In this document: in pieces, positions 8,863 through 16,977 of the stretch
Layout: every line of letters starts with the position of its first letter
Position numbering within the stretch: position 1 is the stretch's first letter
Assembly (NCBI GenBank): GCA_017557525.1
Contig: JAFYYN010000013.1
Coordinates: forward strand, 4,788 to 68,787
Length of the DNA stretch: 64,000 nt
Source: Lachnospiraceae bacterium
Lineage (GTDB): Bacteria; Bacillota; Clostridia; Lachnospirales; Lachnospiraceae
Reading direction: 5' to 3'
Made by a program: the position numbers and the translations under genes
Notes under the pieces: generated by a model
Told to the model about the DNA's origin: nothing
The model's input: the letters and a program-made list of their open reading frames with translations, nothing else
Database searches by the model: none

Positions 8863-8930
8863 GTGTGACAGGGGGACGGTTCTGTTGTCACACTTGCATG
8901 TGTGACAACAGAACCGTCCCCCTGTCACAC
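8863..8930. repeat. back-to-back inverted pair of GGGACGGTTCT-core hairpin elements
   Basis: The 31-nt arm GTGTGACAGGGGGACGGTTCTGTTGTCACAC is followed by TTGCAT and then its exact reverse complement. Each arm is itself an 8-bp hairpin. Confidence 0.9.
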
Positions 8931-8963
8931 TCACCCCACCAATACTATAAGGAGGACAAACAA

Positions 8964-10337
8964 ATGTCAAAAACAGAAGTACCCTACAAAATTTATTTAA
9001 CAGAAGATGAGATGCCCAAGGCTTGGTACAACTTAAGAGCGGATATGAAGAATAAGCCCGCCCCCCTTATGAATCCCGGAACTCATAAGCCCATGACAGC
9101 TGAGGAGCTCGGCGGAGTTTTCTGTGATGAGCTCGTAAAGCAGGAGCTTGATGATACCACTCCTTTTATCGAGATACCTGAGGAGATCAGAAACTTCTAT
9201 AAGATGTACAGACCTTCACCCCTGGTACGTGCATACTGCCTTGAGGAGAAGCTCCAGACACCTGCTAAGATTTATTATAAATTCGAAGGAAATAATACAA
9301 GCGGCAGCCATAAGCTGAATTCCGCTATCGCTCAGGCTTATTATGCTAAGAAGCAGGGTTTAAAGGGTGTAACCACTGAGACCGGTGCAGGTCAGTGGGG
9401 AACAGCTCTTTCCATGGCTTGTGCATACCTTGGGCTTGACTGTAAGGTATATATGGTTAAGGTTTCTTATGAGCAGAAGCCTTTCAGACGTGAGGTTATG
9501 AGAACTTACGGCGCAAGCGTAGTTCCTTCACCTTCAGAGACCACAGAGGTAGGTAAGAAGATCCTTGCAGAGCATCCAGGAACTACAGGCTCACTTGGAT
9601 GTGCTATTTCAGAGGCTGTTGAAGTAGCTGTTAAGAATCCCGGATACAGATATGTTTTAGGTTCAGTGCTTAACCAGGTACTGCTTCATCAGTCCGTTAT
9701 CGGTCTTGAAGCTAAGACGGCATTGGATAAATACGGTATCAAGCCTGATATCGTGATCGGCTGTGCCGGCGGCGGATCTAACCTAGGCGGTCTTATCGCT
9801 CCTTTCATGGGCGAGAAGCTGAGAGGCGAGGCTGATTACAGGATCATAGCAGTTGAGCCTGCTTCATGTCCCAGCTTTACACGCGGTACATTTGCATATG
9901 ACTTCTGTGATACAGGTATGATCTGTCCTTTAGCTAAGATGTATACACTTGGCAGCAGCTTTATCCCTTCGGCTAACCACGCAGGCGGACTTAGATTCCA
10001 CGGCATGAGCACCACACTTTCACAGCTTTACCATGATGGTTTCATGGAGGCTACAAGTGTTGAGCAGACTTCTGTATTTGAAGCAGCTGAGATGTTTGCA
10101 CGTATCGAAGGTATCCTTCCCGCTCCCGAGAGTTCACACGCTATCCGCGTAGCTATCGACGAGGCATTAAAGTGTAAGGAGACCGGCGAGGAGAAGACCA
10201 TCGTATTCGGTCTTACCGGTACAGGTTACTTTGATCTTGTTGCTTACCAGAAATACAATGATGGTGAGATGAGTGATTACATCCCTACAGATGAAGAGAT
10301 CGCTGCATCAGTAGCAAAGCTTCCTAAGGTTGAGTGA
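8964..10337 (+). CDS. trpB: tryptophan synthase beta chain, TrpB2 (stand-alone) type
   Basis: 457 aa. PLP-lysine region NNTSGSHKLNSAI, GCAGGGSNLGG motif and the TrpB2-like N-terminus KIYLTEDEMPKAWYNL. AAGGAGG lies upstream of ATG 8964. Confidence 0.88.
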   Translation: MSKTEVPYKIYLTEDEMPKAWYNLRADMKNKPAPLMNPGTHKPMTAEELGGVFCDELVKQELDDTTPFIEIPEEIRNFYKMYRPSPLVRAYCLEEKLQTPAKIYYKFEGNNTSGSHKLNSAIAQAYYAKKQGLKGVTTETGAGQWGTALSMACAYLGLDCKVYMVKVSYEQKPFRREVMRTYGASVVPSPSETTEVGKKILAEHPGTTGSLGCAISEAVEVAVKNPGYRYVLGSVLNQVLLHQSVIGLEAKTALDKYGIKPDIVIGCAGGGSNLGGLIAPFMGEKLRGEADYRIIAVEPASCPSFTRGTFAYDFCDTGMICPLAKMYTLGSSFIPSANHAGGLRFHGMSTTLSQLYHDGFMEATSVEQTSVFEAAEMFARIEGILPAPESSHAIRVAIDEALKCKETGEEKTIVFGLTGTGYFDLVAYQKYNDGEMSDYIPTDEEIAASVAKLPKVE

Positions 10338-10397
10338 TTATAGCTGATAATTTACCAAACGAATTGTTTCACCATTAGGTTATATATTATAGAAATG

Positions 10398-10489
10398 AAA
10401 GGGCTCTGTCCGGGTAGTATCCGAAACGAGACCGACACCAAAGTCGATCTTTATCGGGATATATCCGGCACGAGCCCCTTTATTATTTT
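10398..10489 (+). terminator. long imperfect hairpin plus T-run downstream of trpB2
   Basis: AAAGGGCTC-tg-TCCGG pairs with CCGG-cac-GAGCCCCTTT. It encloses about 55 nt of further imperfect pairing and is followed by TTTATTATTTT. Confidence 0.45.
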
Positions 10490-10538
10490 CGAAAAATACG
10501 CATTTGTTATGAAAAATTGTTTTGTTTTGGGGAAAATA

Positions 10539-10567
10539 TTGTATTTGATTATTGATTGTGGTAAAAT
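10539..10567 (+). promoter_or_regulatory. sigma-A type promoter of the sugar-acid operon
   Basis: TTGTAT, 17-nt spacer, TGgTAAAAT extended -10. Confidence 0.45.
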
Positions 10568-10583
10568 GTTTTATCATGTGTAG

Positions 10584-10611
10584 TCAATCAGAGGGACGGT
10601 TCTCTGATTGA
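10584..10611 (+). repeat. GGGACGGTTCT-core hairpin element (28-mer)
   Basis: TCAATCAGAG-GGACGGTT-CTCTGATTGA, a 10-bp stem. It is identical over 28 nt to 44333-44360. Confidence 0.9.
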
Positions 10612-10700
10612 AAAAATCAGTTGATAAAAAGTGTAATCGACCTCAATCTATGGGGTAGTTTACGGTTGATAAAATCGCAAATAATGAAGGGAAAATAGTT

Positions 10701-11930
10701 ATGCTGGTTAAAGGAACATATTTCCAAAATGATGCCGAGAAACCTTTGGTATACGGTCCTGTTGAGATTACGAATGTAAAAAGACAGAGGCTGAGAGGCG
10801 AGGAGTTAAAGGAAGGAGTACTCTGCGAGCCGGTTATGATAGGCTTTTGTGGTACTGACAATGAACTGATGCATATGGGAAGTGAGGGCAGGTTGTCTGC
10901 CAAATTCCCCGAGGGTACGAACAGACTTATAAACGGACATGAGGGAATCGTCTGGGTGCCTAGCGAAAATAGGTTTGCGATAGTCCTGATCCGTGGCGGG
11001 GACAGCTACGACCCTACCAGATATACCGAAGATGAGACTTATTTCGAGTACGGATGTGACAAGGCTGACGGCCTTTTTGCTGACAAGCAGTATTTTAATC
11101 CGGATATGCTCCTGAAAATCCCGGACGGGTATGTTAAGGATGGAAAGCTTGACTTAGAGTTTGCTAAAAAGATGGTATTCCCGGATCCTTTTGCCTGCAT
11201 GCTTTTCCAGCTTGAAAGAATGGAAGATTTAGGCAGTGCCCATAATTTCCGTGTGGCTATGAAGAAATATAAGTGCGACGAACAGACAGCACGCGAAAAG
11301 GCAAAGGAAGAGGTATTTGACAGGACTGTAATTTTCGGACTTGGTACTACCGGAATGTTTATAGGAGACCTGATCTGTAGGAATCACAAGAATGCCAAGA
11401 TACTGTTTGTAGCGCGAAGCTCTGAGGATTCACTCAAGGTACAGTTTGCGTTAAAACAGGCTAACAGCTGGAATCAGACCGGTGAAGGCGGATGTGCGGA
11501 ATATCTGCAGAATACCTTTGATTCGGAGGAAGAACTTGCAAAGGCTATTATAGACAAGATGGGTGGCAGGGCTACACTGTTTATCGGTGTCAGCGGAAGC
11601 AATGTTGAACACCGCATAGCGTTTGAGCATAAGGTGCTCGGATGTAACGGAGTTTATAACAGCTTTTCGTTAGGGCCGAAGATCACATTTGATACCATGC
11701 CATTCGGATTTGAAAATCATCTGATCATGGGTTCGATTAATTTCAGACAGGACCACATGGAGAAGGCTATCGAGCTTTTATCTGAAAGCCATTACAACGA
11801 GATAGTGGAGCTTATAGACAGGGATGAGTTTACTGCAGATCCCATCGGTGCATATAAAAACAAGATTTACAGTAAAAGTGCCCCGATGAAGACCGCTGTA
11901 ATCTGGAATCCTAAGTATGTAAATATCTAA
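10701..11930 (+). CDS. medium-chain dehydrogenase/reductase, glucose-1-dehydrogenase-like (candidate aldose 1-dehydrogenase)
   Basis: 409 aa. GFCGTDNELMHMG, INGHEGIVWV and the nucleotide loop VIFGLGTTGMF. RBS GAAGGGA. Confidence 0.6.
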   Translation: MLVKGTYFQNDAEKPLVYGPVEITNVKRQRLRGEELKEGVLCEPVMIGFCGTDNELMHMGSEGRLSAKFPEGTNRLINGHEGIVWVPSENRFAIVLIRGGDSYDPTRYTEDETYFEYGCDKADGLFADKQYFNPDMLLKIPDGYVKDGKLDLEFAKKMVFPDPFACMLFQLERMEDLGSAHNFRVAMKKYKCDEQTAREKAKEEVFDRTVIFGLGTTGMFIGDLICRNHKNAKILFVARSSEDSLKVQFALKQANSWNQTGEGGCAEYLQNTFDSEEELAKAIIDKMGGRATLFIGVSGSNVEHRIAFEHKVLGCNGVYNSFSLGPKITFDTMPFGFENHLIMGSINFRQDHMEKAIELLSESHYNEIVELIDRDEFTADPIGAYKNKIYSKSAPMKTAVIWNPKYVNI

Positions 11931-11944
11931 GAAAGGCATATAAA

Positions 11945-12958
11945 ATGAAAACAGTTTTAATTGAGGAACCCTTTAAAATCGGTCTTACAGACACCGAAAA
12001 GCCCGTACCGAAGGAAGGTGAGGCGTTACTTAAAGTTCTTTATTGCGGAATATGTGGCGCGGATGTGGCAAGCTATACCGGCAACCAGCCCTTTACCACA
12101 TACCCCAGGATCCCGGGGCATGAGTTCAGCGCCGAGATAGTTTCAATCCCCGAGAATGACAGGGGGCTTAAAGCAGGCGACATAATCACTGCAAACCCTT
12201 ACTTTAACTGTGGCAAGTGTTATTCCTGTCAGCGCGGGTTTGTAAACTGCTGTACCGACAACCAGACAATGGGTGTACAGCGTGATGGTTCATTTAGGGA
12301 ATATATTGTTATGCCGGTTGAAAGGATATACGACGGCAAGGGACTTTCAGCAAAGGAGCTTGCATTGGTTGAGCCTTTTACCATCAGCTATCATGCGCTT
12401 CACAGGGCAAAGGTAAACGAGGGAGATAAGGTATTGGTGGTTGGTGCAGGCCCTATCGGTCTGTTTGCATTGATTGCAGCAAAGGCACAAGGCGCAGAGG
12501 TTTATGTGGCAGATGTCCTTGACGGAAGACTTGAAAAGGCTCTTCATTTTGGAGCAGCAGGAGTTATAAATTCTAAGAAAACAGATATCAGGGAAGAGGC
12601 TATGAAAATAACTAATGGTAACGGCTTTGATGTCTGTGTAGAGGCTTGCGGTCAGTCGGTTACATTCCTTAACTGTATAGACTGCGCGGCATTTGCAGCA
12701 AACATTATCCTTATCGGAAACGGAAAGAAGGAGACTACTTTCCTGCATTCAATCCTGCTTAAGAAGGAGCTTAATGTATTCGGAAGCCGTAATTCCTACG
12801 CAAGGGATTTCCAGGCAGTTATCGACCTCATCGCATCCGGCAAGGTAAATGTTCTTGATATGGTTAGTGCGGTTTATTCGGTTGATGATGCAGCAGATGC
12901 TTTTAAGGCATTGGCTGAGAATGATGGATCATTAGCTAAAGTACTTATCGAATTATAG
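11945..12958 (+). CDS. Zn-dependent dehydrogenase, L-galactonate 5-dehydrogenase (LgoD/YjjN)-like
   Basis: CGICGADVASYTGNQPFTTYPRIPGHEFS, structural Zn cysteines CGKCYSCQRGFVNCC and VVGAGPIGL. Confidence 0.75.
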   Translation: MKTVLIEEPFKIGLTDTEKPVPKEGEALLKVLYCGICGADVASYTGNQPFTTYPRIPGHEFSAEIVSIPENDRGLKAGDIITANPYFNCGKCYSCQRGFVNCCTDNQTMGVQRDGSFREYIVMPVERIYDGKGLSAKELALVEPFTISYHALHRAKVNEGDKVLVVGAGPIGLFALIAAKAQGAEVYVADVLDGRLEKALHFGAAGVINSKKTDIREEAMKITNGNGFDVCVEACGQSVTFLNCIDCAAFAANIILIGNGKKETTFLHSILLKKELNVFGSRNSYARDFQAVIDLIASGKVNVLDMVSAVYSVDDAADAFKALAENDGSLAKVLIEL

Positions 12959-12967
12959 AACTGTTCT

Positions 12968-13029
12968 AATGTCATTAAGTGAAGCGATATAGCCTTCCCC
13001 CCAGGGGGAAGCCTTAAGTAAATGACATT
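12968..13029 (+). repeat. intergenic structured repeat, 5'-module only (family ending in CTGACTGATGAGGTG)
   Basis: Outer IR AATGTCATT/AATGACATT encloses GCCTTCCCCCC-AGGGGGAAGCC. The GATATAGCCTTCCCC start resembles copies at 33754 and 44676. Confidence 0.55.
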
Positions 13030-13070
13030 GGATTCAGCCGGTGAATGTTATAAAGATTTTAGGAAAGGCA

Positions 13071-14399
13071 ATGAAAATGAAAGAGAAAGTTATCCAGTTT
13101 GGTGAAGGTGGATTTTTGAGAAGCTTTGTGGATGTGTTTATTCACAAGATGAACGAGCAGGGGTTGTTTGGCGGGAAGGTTGTGGTAGTGCAGCCTATTG
13201 CTAAAGGCCTTATCCCTGTGATAAATGAGCAGAAGGGCGTTTACCACCAGTTCTTGCGTGGCGTTGATAACGGGAATGTAGTTGATGAGTGTATAAAGGT
13301 TACATCCATATCAAGGGGGGTTGACCCTTATACTGATTATGCGGAATATCTTAAGCTGGCTCAAAATCCTGACATGAGGGTCATTATTTCCAATACTACT
13401 GAGGCAGGTATCGAGTATCTCGGTACTGAGTCTTTAACTGATGCACCGCCCAAGTCCTTCCCTGCAAAGCTGACTGCACTTTTATATGAGAGATTTAAGG
13501 CAGGTCTTCCGGGCTTTATCATTCTTTCGTGTGAGCTTATAGATAATAACGGAAAGGAGCTTCAAAACTGCGTATTAAAGTATGCCAAGCTATGGAAGCT
13601 TTCTGATGAGTTTATTGCGTGGATTCAGAATGAGAATGATTTCTGCAATACCCTTGTTGACAGGATATGTACAGGATATCCTAAGGATGAGGTTGAAGCA
13701 CTTACCAAGAGACTGGGCGAAGAAGATAAATTAATGAACACTGCCGAGATTTTCCATCTCTGGGTTATCGAGGGTGACCATGAGGATGAATTCCCTCTGC
13801 AGAAGGCAGGAATTAACGTTATCTGGACAAAGGATGTTAAGCCTTACAAAAAAAGAAAGGTAAGGATACTCAACGGCGGGCATACATCGATGGTACTTGC
13901 AGCACGCCTCTATGGTTTATCTACTGTAAAGGAATGTCTCGATGACGAGTTGATCAATAAGTATCTTAATAAGGTGATCTTTGAGGAAATCATCCCGACC
14001 TTAGGTCACGAGAATGAAGATATACCTTTCGGCAAGGCAGTGCTTGAGAGATTCTCAAATCCTTTTGTAAAGCATCAGCTGCTGAGCATTGCTCTTAATT
14101 CAGTCAGCAAGTTTAAGGCAAGGGTACTTCCTACAATCCTTGAGTATAATGAGCAGAGGGGCGAGCTTCCTAGGTGTCTTACATTTTCACTTGCAGCCCT
14201 CATAGCTTTCTACAGGACTGATGAGACCAATGACAATGAGGATATCATGGCATTTATGAAGACGGCATCTGTTTCTGATATTTTAAAGAAAGAACAGTAC
14301 TGGGGACAGGATCTGTCATTTATGTTGCCCGAGGTTGAAGGTTATTACGAGTCTATAGTTAAGGATGGCGTAGGAAAGACTATTGAAGGTCTGTTATAG
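13071..14399 (+). CDS. uxaB: tagaturonate reductase / altronate oxidoreductase-like (mannitol dehydrogenase family)
   Basis: N-terminus KVIQFGEGGFLRSFVD is typical of UxaB, and the length is about 440 aa. AGGAAAGG lies upstream of ATG 13071. Confidence 0.75.
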   Translation: MKMKEKVIQFGEGGFLRSFVDVFIHKMNEQGLFGGKVVVVQPIAKGLIPVINEQKGVYHQFLRGVDNGNVVDECIKVTSISRGVDPYTDYAEYLKLAQNPDMRVIISNTTEAGIEYLGTESLTDAPPKSFPAKLTALLYERFKAGLPGFIILSCELIDNNGKELQNCVLKYAKLWKLSDEFIAWIQNENDFCNTLVDRICTGYPKDEVEALTKRLGEEDKLMNTAEIFHLWVIEGDHEDEFPLQKAGINVIWTKDVKPYKKRKVRILNGGHTSMVLAARLYGLSTVKECLDDELINKYLNKVIFEEIIPTLGHENEDIPFGKAVLERFSNPFVKHQLLSIALNSVSKFKARVLPTILEYNEQRGELPRCLTFSLAALIAFYRTDETNDNEDIMAFMKTASVSDILKKEQYWGQDLSFMLPEVEGYYESIVKDGVGKTIEGLL

Positions 14400-14463
14400 A
14401 TAATGTTGGCTGATTGACCAATGATTTAACCAGAAACCGTAGTATTATCTAGGAGTTGTTTTT

Positions 14464-15846
14464 ATGGATGATAAAATAATCAAGATTCACCCCGCCGATA
14501 ATGTAGGAGTAAATGTGGCAACAGGGCATAAGGTTGCACTTTGCGATATCGCACAGGGTGAGGATATAATAAAATACGGCTTCCCGATAGGTCATGCCAC
14601 CGAAAATATTGCAAAAGGTGAGCATGTGCATTCACATAACCTTAAGACCAACCTAAAGGAAAAGCTTGAGTACACCTATAACCATAAGGAATTTGAGCAG
14701 GAAAAGCCACAGGGCAGGACTATAAAAGCATATGTGCGCGCAGATGGGAATATTGGCATCCGTAACGATATCTGGATAGTAAATACCGTAGGCTGCGTAA
14801 ATAAGGTGGCAGAAGCGATCAGCAAACGGACAGGCGCTTTTTATTTCCCACACCCTTATGGATGCTCGCAGTTGGGCGGAGATCACGCATTAACTCAGAA
14901 AATCCTAAAAGGTCTCATAAAACATCCAAATGCCGGAGGAGTCCTTGTATTAGGGCTTGGCTGTGAAAACAACAACATCGCTGTTTTTAAGGAAGTACTT
15001 GGACCGGTGGACGAAAAAAGAGTCCGTTTCCTTAACGCACAGGATGCAGAAGATGAGGTGGAAGAAGGAGTAAAGCTCGTCGAAGAATTAAAGGAAATAG
15101 CATCACATGACAGGCGTGAAGAAGTACCCGTCTCAAAACTGAAAGTCGGGCTTAAATGCGGCGGGTCAGACGGTTTCTCAGGGCTTACAGCTAATCCTCT
15201 CATCGGACAGTTCTCTGACTATCTTATCTCAGAGGGTGGCAGCAGTGTACTTACCGAGGTGCCCGAGATGTTCGGTGCGGAAACCATCCTAATGGACAGA
15301 TGCATTGATCGTGATGTTTTTAATAAAACTGTAGCCCTCATAAATGATTTTAAGGACTATTTCACAAGACACGGTCAGGAGATATACGAGAATCCTTCAC
15401 CCGGAAATAAGGCAGGCGGGATCACAACACTTGAAGAGAAATCCCTCGGCTGCACACAAAAGGGTGGAAGAGCCCAGGTTACGGATGTTCTTGACTACGG
15501 GGATACAGTAACTAAACCGGGGCTCAATCTGTTAAACGGACCCGGTAACGACATGGTGGCTGTGACAAACCTTACGGCAGCAGGATGCCATCTGATCCTG
15601 TTTTCAACAGGACGCGGTACACCGCTCGGAGCACCTGTGCCGACAATAAAAGTTGGTACAAATTCTGTTATTGCGGGAAAAAAGAAAAACTGGATAGATT
15701 TCAACGCCGGACCGATGATAGAAGGCGTGGATTTAAAACAACAGTTTATAGATTATGTGGTAAAAGTTGCAGAAGGTGAACAAACCTCAAATGAGAAAAA
15801 CGGATATCGCGAGATTGCGATTTTCAAAGACGGCGTGACGCTGTAA
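14464..15846 (+). CDS. uxaA: altronate dehydratase family (UxaA/GarD) hydrolyase
   Basis: SAF-like N-domain (IKIHPADNVGV, GHKVALCDIAQGEDIIKYGFPIG) and a C-domain with GLGCENN and LKCGGSDGFSG. Confidence 0.8.
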   Translation: MDDKIIKIHPADNVGVNVATGHKVALCDIAQGEDIIKYGFPIGHATENIAKGEHVHSHNLKTNLKEKLEYTYNHKEFEQEKPQGRTIKAYVRADGNIGIRNDIWIVNTVGCVNKVAEAISKRTGAFYFPHPYGCSQLGGDHALTQKILKGLIKHPNAGGVLVLGLGCENNNIAVFKEVLGPVDEKRVRFLNAQDAEDEVEEGVKLVEELKEIASHDRREEVPVSKLKVGLKCGGSDGFSGLTANPLIGQFSDYLISEGGSSVLTEVPEMFGAETILMDRCIDRDVFNKTVALINDFKDYFTRHGQEIYENPSPGNKAGGITTLEEKSLGCTQKGGRAQVTDVLDYGDTVTKPGLNLLNGPGNDMVAVTNLTAAGCHLILFSTGRGTPLGAPVPTIKVGTNSVIAGKKKNWIDFNAGPMIEGVDLKQQFIDYVVKVAEGEQTSNEKNGYREIAIFKDGVTL

Positions 15847-15867
15847 GTCGATCACGGGGACGCTTCC
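15847..15867 (+). repeat. degenerate GGGAC-core element directly after the uxaA stop
   Basis: GTCGATCACGGGGACGCTTCC versus GTCAATCAGAGGGACGGTTCT, about 16 of 20 matches by eye. Confidence 0.35.
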
Positions 15868-15934
15868 AACTTTCATCGGTGCCGCAACAGGCACGTCACC
15901 GATGTGTAAGCATGCCTGTAGCATGATACGAGAT

Positions 15935-16960
15935 ATGAACAATTATATTATAATAGATGCCCACGTCCACCTTTGGGAAAAGCAGGAAGGCTGTATTAAT
16001 AAACTGCCGGTATATGGGTTGGGAAACGGAAAGAGCAGTTTTATCGGAGAAACCAGGCAGATGATGCCTCCATATATGGAGGACAACAGAAATACTGCTG
16101 AGCGCCTTATAGCAAATATGGATTATGCAGGTGTTAATGCATGTGCCGTTACGCAGGAATACCTTGACGGAAACCAGGACGAATATCTTCTAAAAGTTAG
16201 AGCAAAATACCCTGAAAGATTTAGAATTACGGCATTATATGAGGATGAGGGGTATATCGAAAATCAAGAGTCCGTAAAAGATTCCGGAGACATGCAGTAT
16301 CAAACGGAATTTATAGAAAATGATTCGGAATCAAGTACTCTGACTTTTGAAAATGTAATTATGGCAACAAATACCGAAAACTCAAGATGTCTTGGCAGAT
16401 ACAATTTGAATAAGTATGACGGTATAAAAATCTGTGCCTGCCGTTTGAAAAATAAAGATCTGACCGTAATGATGGATGTATTTAAAGAGGTCGAAAAAGC
16501 AGGTAAATATATTTCCATAGACATGGCAGACGGGGATGAGCAGACAGACAGCCTCCAAAAGGTTATAGATGAATGTCCGAACTTAAAGATAGCAATAGGA
16601 CATTTCGGGATGGTTACCACAAGGGGCTGGCAAAAACAGATAGAGCTTGCAAAAAACAAAAATGTGTATATCGAAAGTGGCGGGCTTACTTGGCTGTTCC
16701 ATAAAGAATTTTACCCATATCCGTCAGCGATAGATGCAATACTCGAGGCAAAGAGTATCTGCGGGATGGATAAACTTATGTGGGGTAGTGATTATCCGCG
16801 CACCATGACGGACATTACGTATAAGAGCGCAATCAGATTTATCCTTGAAACCACAAAGCTCTCTGAGGATGATAAAAGAAAATTCCTCGGTGAAAACGCA
16901 GTAAGATTCTACGGGTTTGAGGGGCTGAAGCCGCTGCCGGAGATTGAAAACATGCTATAA
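15935..16960 (+). CDS. amidohydrolase-2 family metal-dependent hydrolase (candidate aldonolactonase)
   Basis: IIDAHVHLW near the N-terminus and WGSDYPR near the C-terminus. The start is uncertain (ATG 15902, 15923 or 15935, none with a strong RBS). Confidence 0.7.
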   Translation: MNNYIIIDAHVHLWEKQEGCINKLPVYGLGNGKSSFIGETRQMMPPYMEDNRNTAERLIANMDYAGVNACAVTQEYLDGNQDEYLLKVRAKYPERFRITALYEDEGYIENQESVKDSGDMQYQTEFIENDSESSTLTFENVIMATNTENSRCLGRYNLNKYDGIKICACRLKNKDLTVMMDVFKEVEKAGKYISIDMADGDEQTDSLQKVIDECPNLKIAIGHFGMVTTRGWQKQIELAKNKNVYIESGGLTWLFHKEFYPYPSAIDAILEAKSICGMDKLMWGSDYPRTMTDITYKSAIRFILETTKLSEDDKRKFLGENAVRFYGFEGLKPLPEIENML

Positions 16961-16977
16961 AGAAAGAAGAAAAAGAT

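Noticed and set aside
8863-8930. The TGTGA...TCACA arms could be CRP/FNR-type binding sites.
   Set aside because: Spacing between TGTGA and TCACA is 19 nt within an arm, not 6. The arms are explained as the stem of the GGGACGGTTCT-core repeat hairpin.
8832-8963. The ORF track extends trpB2 by 44 codons upstream (MGHFYLSQRESVTGGRFCCH...).
   Set aside because: The extension runs through the T-box terminator T-run and the palindromic repeat. A strong AAGGAGG RBS and the conserved TrpB2 N-terminus begin at ATG 8964.
10380-10583. Two 60-65 codon ORFs on opposite strands in the trpB2/sugar-operon spacer.
   Set aside because: They overlap each other, the long terminator hairpin and the predicted promoter. 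They have no RBS.
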